In this document: positions 1-8,412 of the stretch, piece by piece
Layout of the letters: every line of letters starts with the position of its first letter
How positions within the stretch are numbered: position 1 is the first letter of the stretch
NCBI GenBank assembly: GCA_001701115.1
Contig: DAAJ01000122.1
Location: forward strand, 30,545 to 85,140
DNA: 54,596 nucleotides
From: Bacteroidales bacterium GP2
Lineage (GTDB): Bacteria; Bacteroidota; Bacteroidia; Bacteroidales; Muribaculaceae
Reading direction: 5' to 3'
Position numbers and translations under genes: made by a program
The notes under the pieces: generated by a model
The model's database searches: none
Told to the model about the DNA's origin: nothing
Seen by the model: only the letters and a program-made list of their open reading frames with translations

Positions 1-44
1 GCGTCGCGTAGCAAGCAAGTAAGCAAAAGCGCTTCTCTAAGAAG

Positions 45-90
45 AAAAAAGAACCGCAGAGTGCAATAGCATCCTGCGGTTTCTTTTTTT
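45..90. terminator. bidirectional intrinsic terminator hairpin
   Basis: AACCGCAG (52-59) pairs with CTGCGGTT (74-81). It is flanked by an A-run (45-50) and a T-run (84-90) and lies 14 nt beyond the stop of the minus-strand gene 104-385. Confidence 0.7.
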
Positions 91-103
91 ATTCCTATTT
101 TTC

Positions 104-385
104 TCAGTCCTGTTTCTTCTTGCCGAAAACAGCATAAAGAACCCAGAGGAGGATAGCTGCTACTGCTATTGAGCCAAACATGGATATTGTCTGCCCGTAG
201 TCATTTTCTCCAAACCACTTCATGAAGCAGTAGCCTCCTGCAAGAGCGGCAAGGATACCTACGCATACCGGAGCAAACACCGGTATGCCTCTTTCGCCGA
301 GGAGCCTGCCGGACATATATCCGGCGATAAGACCTATGACAGCCCAGACAATCCAGGTGCCGGCTTCTATGGCACAGAGAATCAT
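104..385 (-). CDS. GlsB/YeaQ/YmgE family (transglycosylase-associated) small membrane protein
   Basis: 93 aa with three hydrophobic helices and Gly-rich motifs (GLIAGYMSGRLLG, AALAGGY) typical of this family. Confidence 0.75.
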   Translation of the reverse strand: MILCAIEAGTWIVWAVIGLIAGYMSGRLLGERGIPVFAPVCVGILAALAGGYCFMKWFGENDYGQTISMFGSIAVAAILLWVLYAVFGKKKQD

Positions 386-555
386 GGCAGCAATGGGAGC
401 ACGGCTCCGGCTACAGATTCTACCGAGGGAGCGCTGACATCAGTATCTCCCGAGAACATAGCTATTGTCAACCACGCGATTAACAACACAATAAGCACCA
501 CAGCACCAATCACAACCCAGATATTTCTGGGATTTTTTCTCTTTGAATCGTTCAT
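382..555 (-). CDS. small single-pass membrane protein (57 aa), below the ORF-track cut-off
   Basis: Hand translation: MNDSKRKNPRNIWVVIGAVVLIVLLIAWLTIAMFSGDTDVSAPSVESVAGAVLPLLP. It has a basic N-terminus followed by one TM helix. Its TGA overlaps the ATG of the downstream gene (ATGA, 382-385). Confidence 0.45.
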   Translation of the reverse strand: MNDSKRKNPRNIWVVIGAVVLIVLLIAWLTIAMFSGDTDVSAPSVESVAGAVLPLLP

Positions 556-668
556 TATCTTTATTTATTTGTTTAAACCTGTTTTATTGTTAAACGTTAA
601 CAACCCCAAATTAGTTTGAATCATGAAAAAATATCCTCATTTTGGTAGGCACTTCAAGGATTTCGCGC

Positions 669-676
669 TAATTTTG
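669..676 (+). promoter_or_regulatory. Bacteroidetes -7 promoter motif TAnnTTTG (TAATTTTG) for pta-ackA
   Basis: The motif ends 30 nt upstream of the pta ATG (706). A TTTG at 641-644 could serve as the -33 element. Confidence 0.6.
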
Positions 677-705
677 CAAAAACTCTTAACCAATCGAATA
701 CCCAA

Positions 706-1722
706 ATGGAACTTATTGAAAAGATGTCCGCCCGCGCAAAGGCGAATCCGCAGCGAATCGTGCTGCCGGAAGGAACAGAACCGAGAACACTTTCGGCTGC
801 TGACCGCATAATTGCCGAGAAACTTGCCGAGATTATTCTCATCGGCGACCCCAAAGACATACTCGCTCTTGCCAAGGAGCTGAAACTGGAACATATCCAG
901 GAGGCTACAATAGTAAATCCTGCCGACGATGCCGTGATTGACAAATATGCTCCACTCTTCTACGAACTCCGCAAAAAGAAAGGCATCAGCATGGAGGAGG
1001 CTCGCCTCACCACAGCAAATCCCCTGTATCTTGGCTGCCTCATGGTAAAATCCGGTGATGCTGACGGGCAGGTTGCAGGTGCACAGAACACTACCGGCAA
1101 TGTTCTCCGCGCGGCTTTCCAGGTCATCAAGACCCAGCCGGGCATCGATGTTGTTTCCGGCGCATTCCTTATGCTTCTGCCTCCCGGACTCAATTTCGGC
1201 ACAGACGGCATCCTCGTGTTTGCTGACTGCGCTGTTGTTCCAGATCCCACCGCTGCTGAACTTGCACAGATTGCCGTGAGCGCTGCTCAGACTGCCCGCG
1301 ACATTGCCGGCATTGAGCCCCGTGTGGCAATCCTATCATTCTCAACCAAAGGCAGCGCGAAGCATGAGCGCGTGACCAAAGTCATCGAGGCTACAGAAAT
1401 AGCCAAGAGCATGGCACCCAACCTCATCCTTGACGGCGAGCTTCAGGCAGACGCAGCTATAGTGCCCGGAGTTGCGCACACAAAAGCGCCAAACAGCCCG
1501 CTCAACGGCAAAGCCAATGTGCTTGTGTTCCCGTCGCTCGAAGTAGGCAACATCGCTTACAAACTCGTGCAGCGCCTTGGAGGCGTACAGGCTGTGGGTC
1601 CCGTGCTACAGGGTCTTGCCGCTCCGGTAAACGACCTTTCACGCGGTTGCTTCCCGGAAGATATCTACAAAACAATTATCATGACAGCAAACCAGGCTAT
1701 CGGACTAAAAGAACAGAAATAA
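706..1722 (+). CDS. pta: phosphate acetyltransferase
   Basis: 338 aa. Strong resemblance to short-form Pta (GDADGQVAGA, SFSTKGSAKH, PVNDLSRG motifs). It lies immediately upstream of ackA. Confidence 0.95.
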   Translation: MELIEKMSARAKANPQRIVLPEGTEPRTLSAADRIIAEKLAEIILIGDPKDILALAKELKLEHIQEATIVNPADDAVIDKYAPLFYELRKKKGISMEEARLTTANPLYLGCLMVKSGDADGQVAGAQNTTGNVLRAAFQVIKTQPGIDVVSGAFLMLLPPGLNFGTDGILVFADCAVVPDPTAAELAQIAVSAAQTARDIAGIEPRVAILSFSTKGSAKHERVTKVIEATEIAKSMAPNLILDGELQADAAIVPGVAHTKAPNSPLNGKANVLVFPSLEVGNIAYKLVQRLGGVQAVGPVLQGLAAPVNDLSRGCFPEDIYKTIIMTANQAIGLKEQK

Positions 1723-1734
1723 TATATTGAAATC

Positions 1735-2940
1735 ATGAAAATACTTGTGCTCAACTGCGGAAGCAGCTCTGTAAAATATAAATTAATCGACACAGATACC
1801 GACAAAACCCTTGCTGAAGGCGGAGTGGAAAAAATCGGCTTGACCGATGGATTCCTGAAATTCAAACGCCCTGACGGCACAAAAGAAATTACTGAACTCG
1901 GGCTCACCGACCATAAGGGTGCTGTGCAGGCTATCCTCAACAACCTTACCGACCCGACTGTAGGCTGCATCAAGAGCTATGACGAAATTGATGCTGTAGG
2001 TCACCGCGTGGTGCATGGCGCTGAGAAGTTCAACAAGAGCGTGCTTATTACCGATGAGGTGATACAGCAGGTAAAGGACTGCTACAACCTTGCCCCGCTC
2101 CACAATCCCGCCAACATCACCGGCATTGAGGCTATCAGCGCGCTCATGCCCTCTGTTCCCCAGGTTGGTGTGTTTGACACCGCATTCCACCAGACTATGC
2201 CCGCAAAGTCATACATGTACGCTCTCCCCTACCGCTTCTACAAAGAGGACGGAGTGCGCCGCTATGGTTTCCACGGCACCAGCCACAGATATGTATCAGC
2301 ACGCGCATGCGAATTCCTCGGACTTGACATCACCAAACAGAAAGTAATCACCTGCCACATCGGCAACGGTGGCTCTATCACCGCCGTGCTTTATGGAAAA
2401 AGCGTAGACACCTCAATGGGTCTGACACCTACCGAAGGACTTATGATGGGCACACGCGTGGGCGATGTTGATGCCGGAGCGCTCACTTATCTCATGAAAC
2501 GCCACAACATGACAGTTGACGACCTCCAGAAAATCATCAACAAAGAGAGCGGCATGGCTGGCGTCAGCGAAATTTCAAGCGATATGCGCGAAATTGAAAA
2601 CGCTGTGAACGAAGGCAACGAGCGTGCCAAGATGGCTCTTGACATGTATGAACAGCGCATCATCAAATATGTAGGCGCATACGCTGCTGAAATGGGTGGA
2701 GTAGACGTGATTGTATTTACCGGCGGTGTAGGTGAAAACCAGACCGGAGTGCGCGAAAACGTTTGCGCTCCCCTCGCGTTCATGGGTGTTGAAATCGACA
2801 AAGAACTCAATGCACGCACCCGTGGCACAGAAACAGAAATTTCCACACCTGCTTCTAAAGTGAAAGTTGTGGTAATACCCACCGATGAGGAGCTCATGAT
2901 TGCCCGCGACACACGCGAGATTGTCAGCGCCCTCAAATAA
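1735..2940 (+). CDS. ackA: acetate kinase
   Basis: 401 aa. N-terminus MKILVLNCGSSSVKY plus the HRVVHGG-like, GFHGTSH and TCHIGNGGS motifs. Confidence 0.95.
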   Translation: MKILVLNCGSSSVKYKLIDTDTDKTLAEGGVEKIGLTDGFLKFKRPDGTKEITELGLTDHKGAVQAILNNLTDPTVGCIKSYDEIDAVGHRVVHGAEKFNKSVLITDEVIQQVKDCYNLAPLHNPANITGIEAISALMPSVPQVGVFDTAFHQTMPAKSYMYALPYRFYKEDGVRRYGFHGTSHRYVSARACEFLGLDITKQKVITCHIGNGGSITAVLYGKSVDTSMGLTPTEGLMMGTRVGDVDAGALTYLMKRHNMTVDDLQKIINKESGMAGVSEISSDMREIENAVNEGNERAKMALDMYEQRIIKYVGAYAAEMGGVDVIVFTGGVGENQTGVRENVCAPLAFMGVEIDKELNARTRGTETEISTPASKVKVVVIPTDEELMIARDTREIVSALK

Positions 2941-2973
2941 TCAGGACATTTTACACATTATATTATATAAAGA

Positions 2974-3870
2974 ATGACAAAAATCAGAGCTGCGGTTGTC
3001 GGCTACGGAAACATCGGCAAATTTGTTGTGGAAGCCCTTCAGGAGGCTCCCGACTTTGAAATTGCAGGCATTGTGCGCCGCAATGTTGCTGACATACCCG
3101 CTGAAATCGCTTCATATAAGGTAACAACAAACATTGACGACCTCGGAAAGGTTGACGTTGCAATCCTCTGCACTCCTACCCGCGAAGTTGAGAAGCATGC
3201 TGTAGAGCTTCTTGCAAAAGGCATCAACACCGTTGACAGCTACGATATCCACACTTCTATCCGCGAACTCCGCCGCGACCTTGACAAAGTTGCAAAAGAG
3301 CACGGCACAGTAGCCATTATCTCTGCCGGATGGGATCCGGGCAGCGACTCTATCGTGCGTACCCTTCTCCAGGCTGCTGCTCCGAAAGGACTCACCTACA
3401 CCAATTTCGGTCCCGGCATGAGCATGGGACACACTGTTTGCGTCAAATCAAAGCCGGGCGTAAAAAATGCGCTCAGCATGACTATTCCCCTTGGCACAGG
3501 CATCCATCGCCGTATGGTTTATGTGGAACTTCTTCCCGGTGTAAAGCTTGAAGATGTAGCAAAAGCAGTAAAGGAAGACCCGTATTTCGCTTCTGACGAA
3601 ACACATGTCATTGAAGTGGCAAGCGTTGACGAAGTAAAGGATATGGGACACGGAGTGAACATGGTGCGCAAAGGTGTAAGCGGCAAGACCCAGAACCAGC
3701 GCTTCGAGTTCAACATGAGCATTAACAACCCCGCTCTCACCGCACAGATTCTTGTTGGCGTTGCACGAGCATCAATGCTCCAGAAGCCCGGTGCCTACAC
3801 AATGATTGAAATTCCTGTAATTGACCTGCTTCCAGGCGACAGGGAGGAACTCATTGCCCATCTCGTCTGA
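2974..3870 (+). CDS. ddh: meso-diaminopimelate D-dehydrogenase
   Basis: 298 aa. Rossmann N-terminus AVVGYGNIGK. Overall resemblance to Bacteroides-type Ddh (about 299 aa). Confidence 0.85.
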   Translation: MTKIRAAVVGYGNIGKFVVEALQEAPDFEIAGIVRRNVADIPAEIASYKVTTNIDDLGKVDVAILCTPTREVEKHAVELLAKGINTVDSYDIHTSIRELRRDLDKVAKEHGTVAIISAGWDPGSDSIVRTLLQAAAPKGLTYTNFGPGMSMGHTVCVKSKPGVKNALSMTIPLGTGIHRRMVYVELLPGVKLEDVAKAVKEDPYFASDETHVIEVASVDEVKDMGHGVNMVRKGVSGKTQNQRFEFNMSINNPALTAQILVGVARASMLQKPGAYTMIEIPVIDLLPGDREELIAHLV

Positions 3871-3890
3871 TTCCAATTCCGGCATGACAT

Positions 3891-3925
3891 AAGGGTGTGT
3901 GGGACATATTTTCCCGCACACCCTT
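3891..3925 (+). other. 13-bp hairpin between ddh and the symporter gene
   Basis: AAGGGTGTGTGGG (3891-3903) pairs with CCCGCACACCCTT (3913-3925) with one G-T wobble. It overlaps the GTG start at 3897 proposed by the ORF track. Confidence 0.5.
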
Positions 3926-3944
3926 AATTCAATTCTTATCCAGC

Positions 3945-5285
3945 ATGAGTTTTTCTGAAATACTGACCCGTGTCTCCGACACTATTTGCGGCTACCCGCT
4001 TTTCTTCACCCTTATCGGAGGAGGAATCCTTCTGCTCATATCCTCCCGGCTCGTGTCGCTGCATCGTCTGCCACATGCCATAAAAGCACTCCGCAGCGGC
4101 AAGGAGGGGCAAGGAGAAATCAGTTCGGCGCAAGCACTTGCATCTGTAGTCGCTGCCACTGTAGGGATGGGCAATATCGCCGGCGTGGCTATCGCAATAG
4201 CTATGGGTGGACCGGGAGCGATATTCTGGATGTGGGTGAGCGCACTGGTTGGAATGTGCACCAAGTACCATGAAGGAGTACTGGCTATAAAGTACCGTAC
4301 GGACAAAAAAGGAGGGGGCTATGCCGGCGGACCTATGCACATAATCACTCAAGGGCTTGGAGAATCATGGAAATGGCTTGCAGTGACATTCGCAATTGCC
4401 GGAATGTTTGGCACTCTCTGCATAATGAATGCTAACCAACTCACGGAAGCGCTTGTCAATTCTGCGGCAAAAGCGGGAGTAGCAATTCCGGATGTGTGGA
4501 TGAGATTCGCTATTGGCTGCGGTATTGCGGCATTGGTCAGCATTGTGGTTTTAGGCGGAATAAAAAGGATTGCACGGGTAGCTACAGTGATGGTCCCGTT
4601 CATGGTCGGTGCTTATTTCATCATGGTGCTGTATATCATTCTGACCCATCTTGGCGAACTTCCGGCAGCAATCGCATCTATCTTCACTAATGCCTTCAAC
4701 CTTAAAGCCGGCTGGGGTGCACTTGCCGGAGTGGCTATAATTGGCGCACGTCGTGCTGCATTGGTTAATGATGCAGGAGTTGGCACAGCATCACTCATGC
4801 ACTCAACTTCCGCCAACAAGGAGCCGGTGCGTGAAGGTCTGGTGGCTATGCTCGGTCCGGCGATTGATTCCGGATTCGTTTGCACCCTGACCGCACTCGC
4901 CATCCTGCTTGGAGGAGTTCTGCCGGCGCAGTCCGGGCAAGGATTGACGTTGGCATTATCCGCATTTTCATCATCTATCCCGGCTGGAGACTATCTGCTT
5001 ACAGCTATTGTCACCTGCTTCGCGCTTTCCTCAATGTTCACATACTCGTTTTACGGAACAAGCTGCGCCAAATACCTCATGGGAGAAAAACGTGCTAAGA
5101 TATACACTTACGCATATATTCTTAGCCTGGTGGTATTTGCAGTCGTGCCCCTCGGAGTCGCAGTTGCGCTATGTGATATGTTCTATGCGCTCATGGCATT
5201 TCCAACAATGTTCACGCTTATAATGCTGCGCAAAGAGGTGCGGGCGGAAACAAACCGCTATTTCTCAAAACAGCCCGGATTATAA
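3945..5285 (+). CDS. alanine/glycine:cation (sodium) symporter, AGCS family
   Basis: Polytopic membrane protein with AGCS-like motifs (FWMWVSALVGM, GLGESW). I prefer the ATG at 3945 (MSFSEILTRV...) over the GTG at 3897, which lies inside the hairpin. Confidence 0.85.
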   Translation: MSFSEILTRVSDTICGYPLFFTLIGGGILLLISSRLVSLHRLPHAIKALRSGKEGQGEISSAQALASVVAATVGMGNIAGVAIAIAMGGPGAIFWMWVSALVGMCTKYHEGVLAIKYRTDKKGGGYAGGPMHIITQGLGESWKWLAVTFAIAGMFGTLCIMNANQLTEALVNSAAKAGVAIPDVWMRFAIGCGIAALVSIVVLGGIKRIARVATVMVPFMVGAYFIMVLYIILTHLGELPAAIASIFTNAFNLKAGWGALAGVAIIGARRAALVNDAGVGTASLMHSTSANKEPVREGLVAMLGPAIDSGFVCTLTALAILLGGVLPAQSGQGLTLALSAFSSSIPAGDYLLTAIVTCFALSSMFTYSFYGTSCAKYLMGEKRAKIYTYAYILSLVVFAVVPLGVAVALCDMFYALMAFPTMFTLIMLRKEVRAETNRYFSKQPGL

Positions 5286-5304
5286 CTCATTGTCCATACA
5301 AATT

Positions 5305-6015
5305 ATGAATTACGCGATTTTAGCAGGCGGTCAAGGTTCACGTTTTGTGAAGGACGGCGTCCAGGTTCCGAAACCGTTGGTAAAAATTCTCGGACGCACA
5401 ATGCTCCAACGACTTATCGACCTGTTCATGGCTAACGGCGCGAAACGCATCACCGTTTCCGCCAATGCAAATATGCCTATGCTCATGGAGGCTCTCGAAC
5501 AGTGTGTTAAGATGGGGCTTCCTGTTGAAGTGAGACCGATTGTAACCGACAACTCTTTTATCAGCCTGCTGAATGCATGCCGCGACCTTGGAGACAAATT
5601 CATTGCGACAACTGTAGATGCTATGTTCATTGACAGGGAATTCGGCGATTTTGTGAAAGCATTCGAGCAGATGGATTCAAAGCAGGATGTTCTTATGGGG
5701 CTGACAAGGTTTGTCGATGACCCCTCCCCTCTGTATGCCGACCTGAATTCAGAAGGGCTTGTTGTGGACTACCGATATGGTGGCGCGCCTTTTGAATCAG
5801 GCACAATAGTTTCGGCTGGAATTTACGGTCTGACTCCGGAATCATTTAAGGCTGTGGAAAAAGTATGCCCAGTTCCTGAATCATTAAGTGATTTCCAGCG
5901 CATACTTGCTGCTGATACACCGCTTAATGTAAAGGTGTTTGAATTTTCAAAAGCGTTTGATGTTGATTGCGTGCATGATGTAAGTGTCGCTGAAGCATTC
6001 CTTTCTGCCAACTGA
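5305..6015 (+). CDS. NTP-transferase (sugar- or alcohol-phosphate nucleotidylyltransferase) family protein
   Basis: N-terminus MNYAILAGGQGSRF...PKPL is the G-x-G-x-R nucleotidyltransferase signature. The ATG at 5305 is in frame with the TTG at 5290 used by the ORF track. Confidence 0.8.
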   Translation: MNYAILAGGQGSRFVKDGVQVPKPLVKILGRTMLQRLIDLFMANGAKRITVSANANMPMLMEALEQCVKMGLPVEVRPIVTDNSFISLLNACRDLGDKFIATTVDAMFIDREFGDFVKAFEQMDSKQDVLMGLTRFVDDPSPLYADLNSEGLVVDYRYGGAPFESGTIVSAGIYGLTPESFKAVEKVCPVPESLSDFQRILAADTPLNVKVFEFSKAFDVDCVHDVSVAEAFLSAN

Positions 6016-6973
6016 TTTTTTTCACACAACTGCAAGTATATTGAAATCATTAATAGAAGAATATAAAAGCACCCTCAAATCCAAGGATACCGAAGAGCAT
6101 GTAGATTTGTTCTTCTACCGTCCTATCGGATTCGTTTGGGCTAAATTTTTTGCCGCTCTGGGCATTAGTCCTAATGTGGTAACAGTTTTATCAATATTTT
6201 TAGGTGTTGGCGGAGGAATCCTGCTCTACCCGACAAATATGACGCTCAATATTATCGGAATACTCCTTATTATATGGGCGAACTCTTACGACAGTGCGGA
6301 CGGACAACTGGCACGCATGACCGGACAATACTCGAATCTCGGCAGGATACTGGATGGCATAGCCGGCGATTTATGGTTTGCATCAATCTATCTTGCCATT
6401 ATATTCAGATGCACATCAGGAGGAAACGGTTTCGGCTTCCCATCATGGTTGGTGTGGGCTATCGTTGTCGGGGCTGCTATCTGCCACCTCTACCAGGCGG
6501 CTGTTGCTGACTATTTCCGCCAGTTACATCTTTATGTACTCAAAAATTCCGGCGGAGGAGAGTTTGACACAGTTGAAAAATTGGTCAAACAAGACGAAGA
6601 GGACAAAAAAGCTCACAAAAGCATTGCAAAACGCCTCGTCAACAAGCTATACATCGCTTATACAAGGGTACAATGGCTTGGCAATGATAACCTGATGAAA
6701 CTTTTGCCGCTTATTTCAAATACACCCATTGAACCGGCATTGCGTGAGGAGTTTCTGAATGGAAGCCGCAAACTGTGCAAATGGGAAAATTTCCTCACGT
6801 TCAACTGGCGTTCTTTCTTTCTTTTCGCGGCAATCCTCACCAATATGCCGTTGATTTATCCTCTTGCCGAGTTAACACTGTTCAATATCGTGGTAATATA
6901 TCTCAAGTGGAAGCACAATAAGATGTGCCGCAACCTGGTATCTTCGTTTGTTTATACTGCAAGAAGTTTTTAA
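5984..6973 (+). CDS. CDP-alcohol phosphatidyltransferase family membrane protein
   Basis: Carries the signature DSADGQLARMTGQYSNLGRILDGIAGDL (D-G-x2-A-R...G-x3-D-x3-D) and several TM segments. The start is uncertain: GTG 5984 overlaps the upstream gene by 32 nt, and TTG 6041 is an alternative. Confidence 0.8.
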   Translation: MSLKHSFLPTDFFHTTASILKSLIEEYKSTLKSKDTEEHVDLFFYRPIGFVWAKFFAALGISPNVVTVLSIFLGVGGGILLYPTNMTLNIIGILLIIWANSYDSADGQLARMTGQYSNLGRILDGIAGDLWFASIYLAIIFRCTSGGNGFGFPSWLVWAIVVGAAICHLYQAAVADYFRQLHLYVLKNSGGGEFDTVEKLVKQDEEDKKAHKSIAKRLVNKLYIAYTRVQWLGNDNLMKLLPLISNTPIEPALREEFLNGSRKLCKWENFLTFNWRSFFLFAAILTNMPLIYPLAELTLFNIVVIYLKWKHNKMCRNLVSSFVYTARSF

Positions 6974-6997
6974 CTTTACAGCATAAAATGAATTTAT

Positions 6998-7321
6998 ATG
7001 ATAACCCCTGAAGAAAAATTGCATCTGGAAGAAGAGACTGTAAGAATGCTAAAAACAGTCTTTGACCCTGAAATTCCGGTAGACATATACAGCCTCGGGC
7101 TCGTTTACAAGATTGACATTGACGATGAGGCGAATCTCAAAGTCGACATGACTCTTACTGCACCCAATTGCCCTGCGGCAGATTTCCTTGTGGAGGATGC
7201 AAGAATCAAGCTTGAAAGCATAGAAGGATTGAAATCGGTCGATATCCGCATAGTGTTCGAGCCGGAGTGGAACAAGGACATGATGAGCGAAGAGGCAAAA
7301 CTTGACCTTGGTTTCCTTTGA
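6998..7321 (+). CDS. DUF59/MIP18-family Fe-S assembly (SufT-like) protein
   Basis: 107 aa with DPEIPVDIYSLGLVY and the TLTAPNCPAA motif typical of DUF59. Confidence 0.8.
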   Translation: MITPEEKLHLEEETVRMLKTVFDPEIPVDIYSLGLVYKIDIDDEANLKVDMTLTAPNCPAADFLVEDARIKLESIEGLKSVDIRIVFEPEWNKDMMSEEAKLDLGFL

Positions 7322-7340
7322 TTGAAATTACTGGAGAAGG

Positions 7341-8078
7341 ATGCGGACCAAATCATACTTCATATCCGACATACATTTAGGCGCACGATGCGTGAAAGAC
7401 CATAAAGCCCACGAGCGGGCAATCACACATTGGCTTCACTCAATCGCAGCCGATGCAAAGAACCTGTACCTGCTCGGAGACATACTTGACTACTGGTATG
7501 AGTACCGTGAAGTGGTGCCTCGGGGATATGTTCGTTTTTTCGGTGCGCTTGCAGAACTTGCTGACAGCGGAGTGAATATAGTGTGGTTCAAAGGCAACCA
7601 TGACATATGGATTTTTGATTATCTTCCTAATGAAATAGGTCTCACGGTAGTAGATGGCGCATTGGATACTGTTATCGACGGGAAGCGTTTTTTTCTTGAA
7701 CATGGCGACGGGGTTGGAGAAACACGCCCTTCCTACCGGAGGATGAGGGCATTGTTCAGAAACCGGTTCTGCCAAAAAATATTTTCAGCCATTCATCCGC
7801 GGTGGACTGTCCCATTTGCCCACAGGTGGTCGTCGCATAGCCGCGCAACAGCTACAAACGCACTGGTAGACCTTCCGGATTCCCATAAGCTTGTTGCCTT
7901 TGCAAAAGATTACGAACACACGGCAGGACACGTGGACTATTTTGTGTTCGGACACCTTCATGTCCCGGTCAACCGGGAAATCCTGCCGGACACACGCCTG
8001 ATAGTGCTTGGAGATGCCTTCGTCAATATGACTTATGGCTGCTTTGACGGCAAAGAGTTTGCTTTGCATAAAATATAA
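7341..8078 (+). CDS. lpxH: UDP-2,3-diacylglucosamine diphosphatase
   Basis: 245 aa. Calcineurin-like metallophosphoesterase motifs FISDIHLG, GDILDYW, GNHD, HGD and GHLH. Confidence 0.85.
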   Translation: MRTKSYFISDIHLGARCVKDHKAHERAITHWLHSIAADAKNLYLLGDILDYWYEYREVVPRGYVRFFGALAELADSGVNIVWFKGNHDIWIFDYLPNEIGLTVVDGALDTVIDGKRFFLEHGDGVGETRPSYRRMRALFRNRFCQKIFSAIHPRWTVPFAHRWSSHSRATATNALVDLPDSHKLVAFAKDYEHTAGHVDYFVFGHLHVPVNREILPDTRLIVLGDAFVNMTYGCFDGKEFALHKI

Positions 8079-8236
8079 GAGCCAAAGCCATTAACATTCT
8101 TTAATTAAAAGCCTCCTTTTCAGCCCATCATACAAACACTTATTAGACAGCATATTATCTATTAAAAAGAACAAAACAGTTAAGAAACTCTGTTGCACAA
8201 CATATAAAAACATTATATCCCACCGCTTTTTAGGCA

Positions 8237-8332
8237 TACCTTTGCATCACAAACCAACAACAATCTTTTTTACCTTAACAAGCTATACCTTACGAAAACT
8301 CATAAAAAGGAGCTATTGGTTAGCTCCTTTTT
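8237..8332 (+). ncRNA. candidate small RNA (orphan promoter motif plus intrinsic terminator)
   Basis: TACCTTTG (8237-8244) matches TAnnTTTG. A terminator hairpin GGAGCTA/TAGCTCC (8309-8327) with a T-run (8328-8332) lies about 60 nt downstream. There is no ATG-initiated ORF between them. The predicted transcript is about 80 nt. Confidence 0.35.
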
Positions 8333-8375
8333 ATATTTATATCCCATATATAGTTGTTTATTGTGAATTTTAGCC

Positions 8376-8383
8376 TACCTTTG
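8376..8383 (+). promoter_or_regulatory. TAnnTTTG promoter motif (TACCTTTG) for the FadL-like gene
   Basis: Ends 30 nt upstream of the ATG at 8413. Confidence 0.6.
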
Positions 8384-8412
8384 CTGACTCACAATAATTT
8401 TATACACATAGT

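Noticed and set aside
623-944. Short ORFs (623-811 plus strand; 637-894 and 654-944 minus strand) around the pta start.
   Set aside because: They overlap the pta promoter and coding region in other frames. pta is unambiguous.
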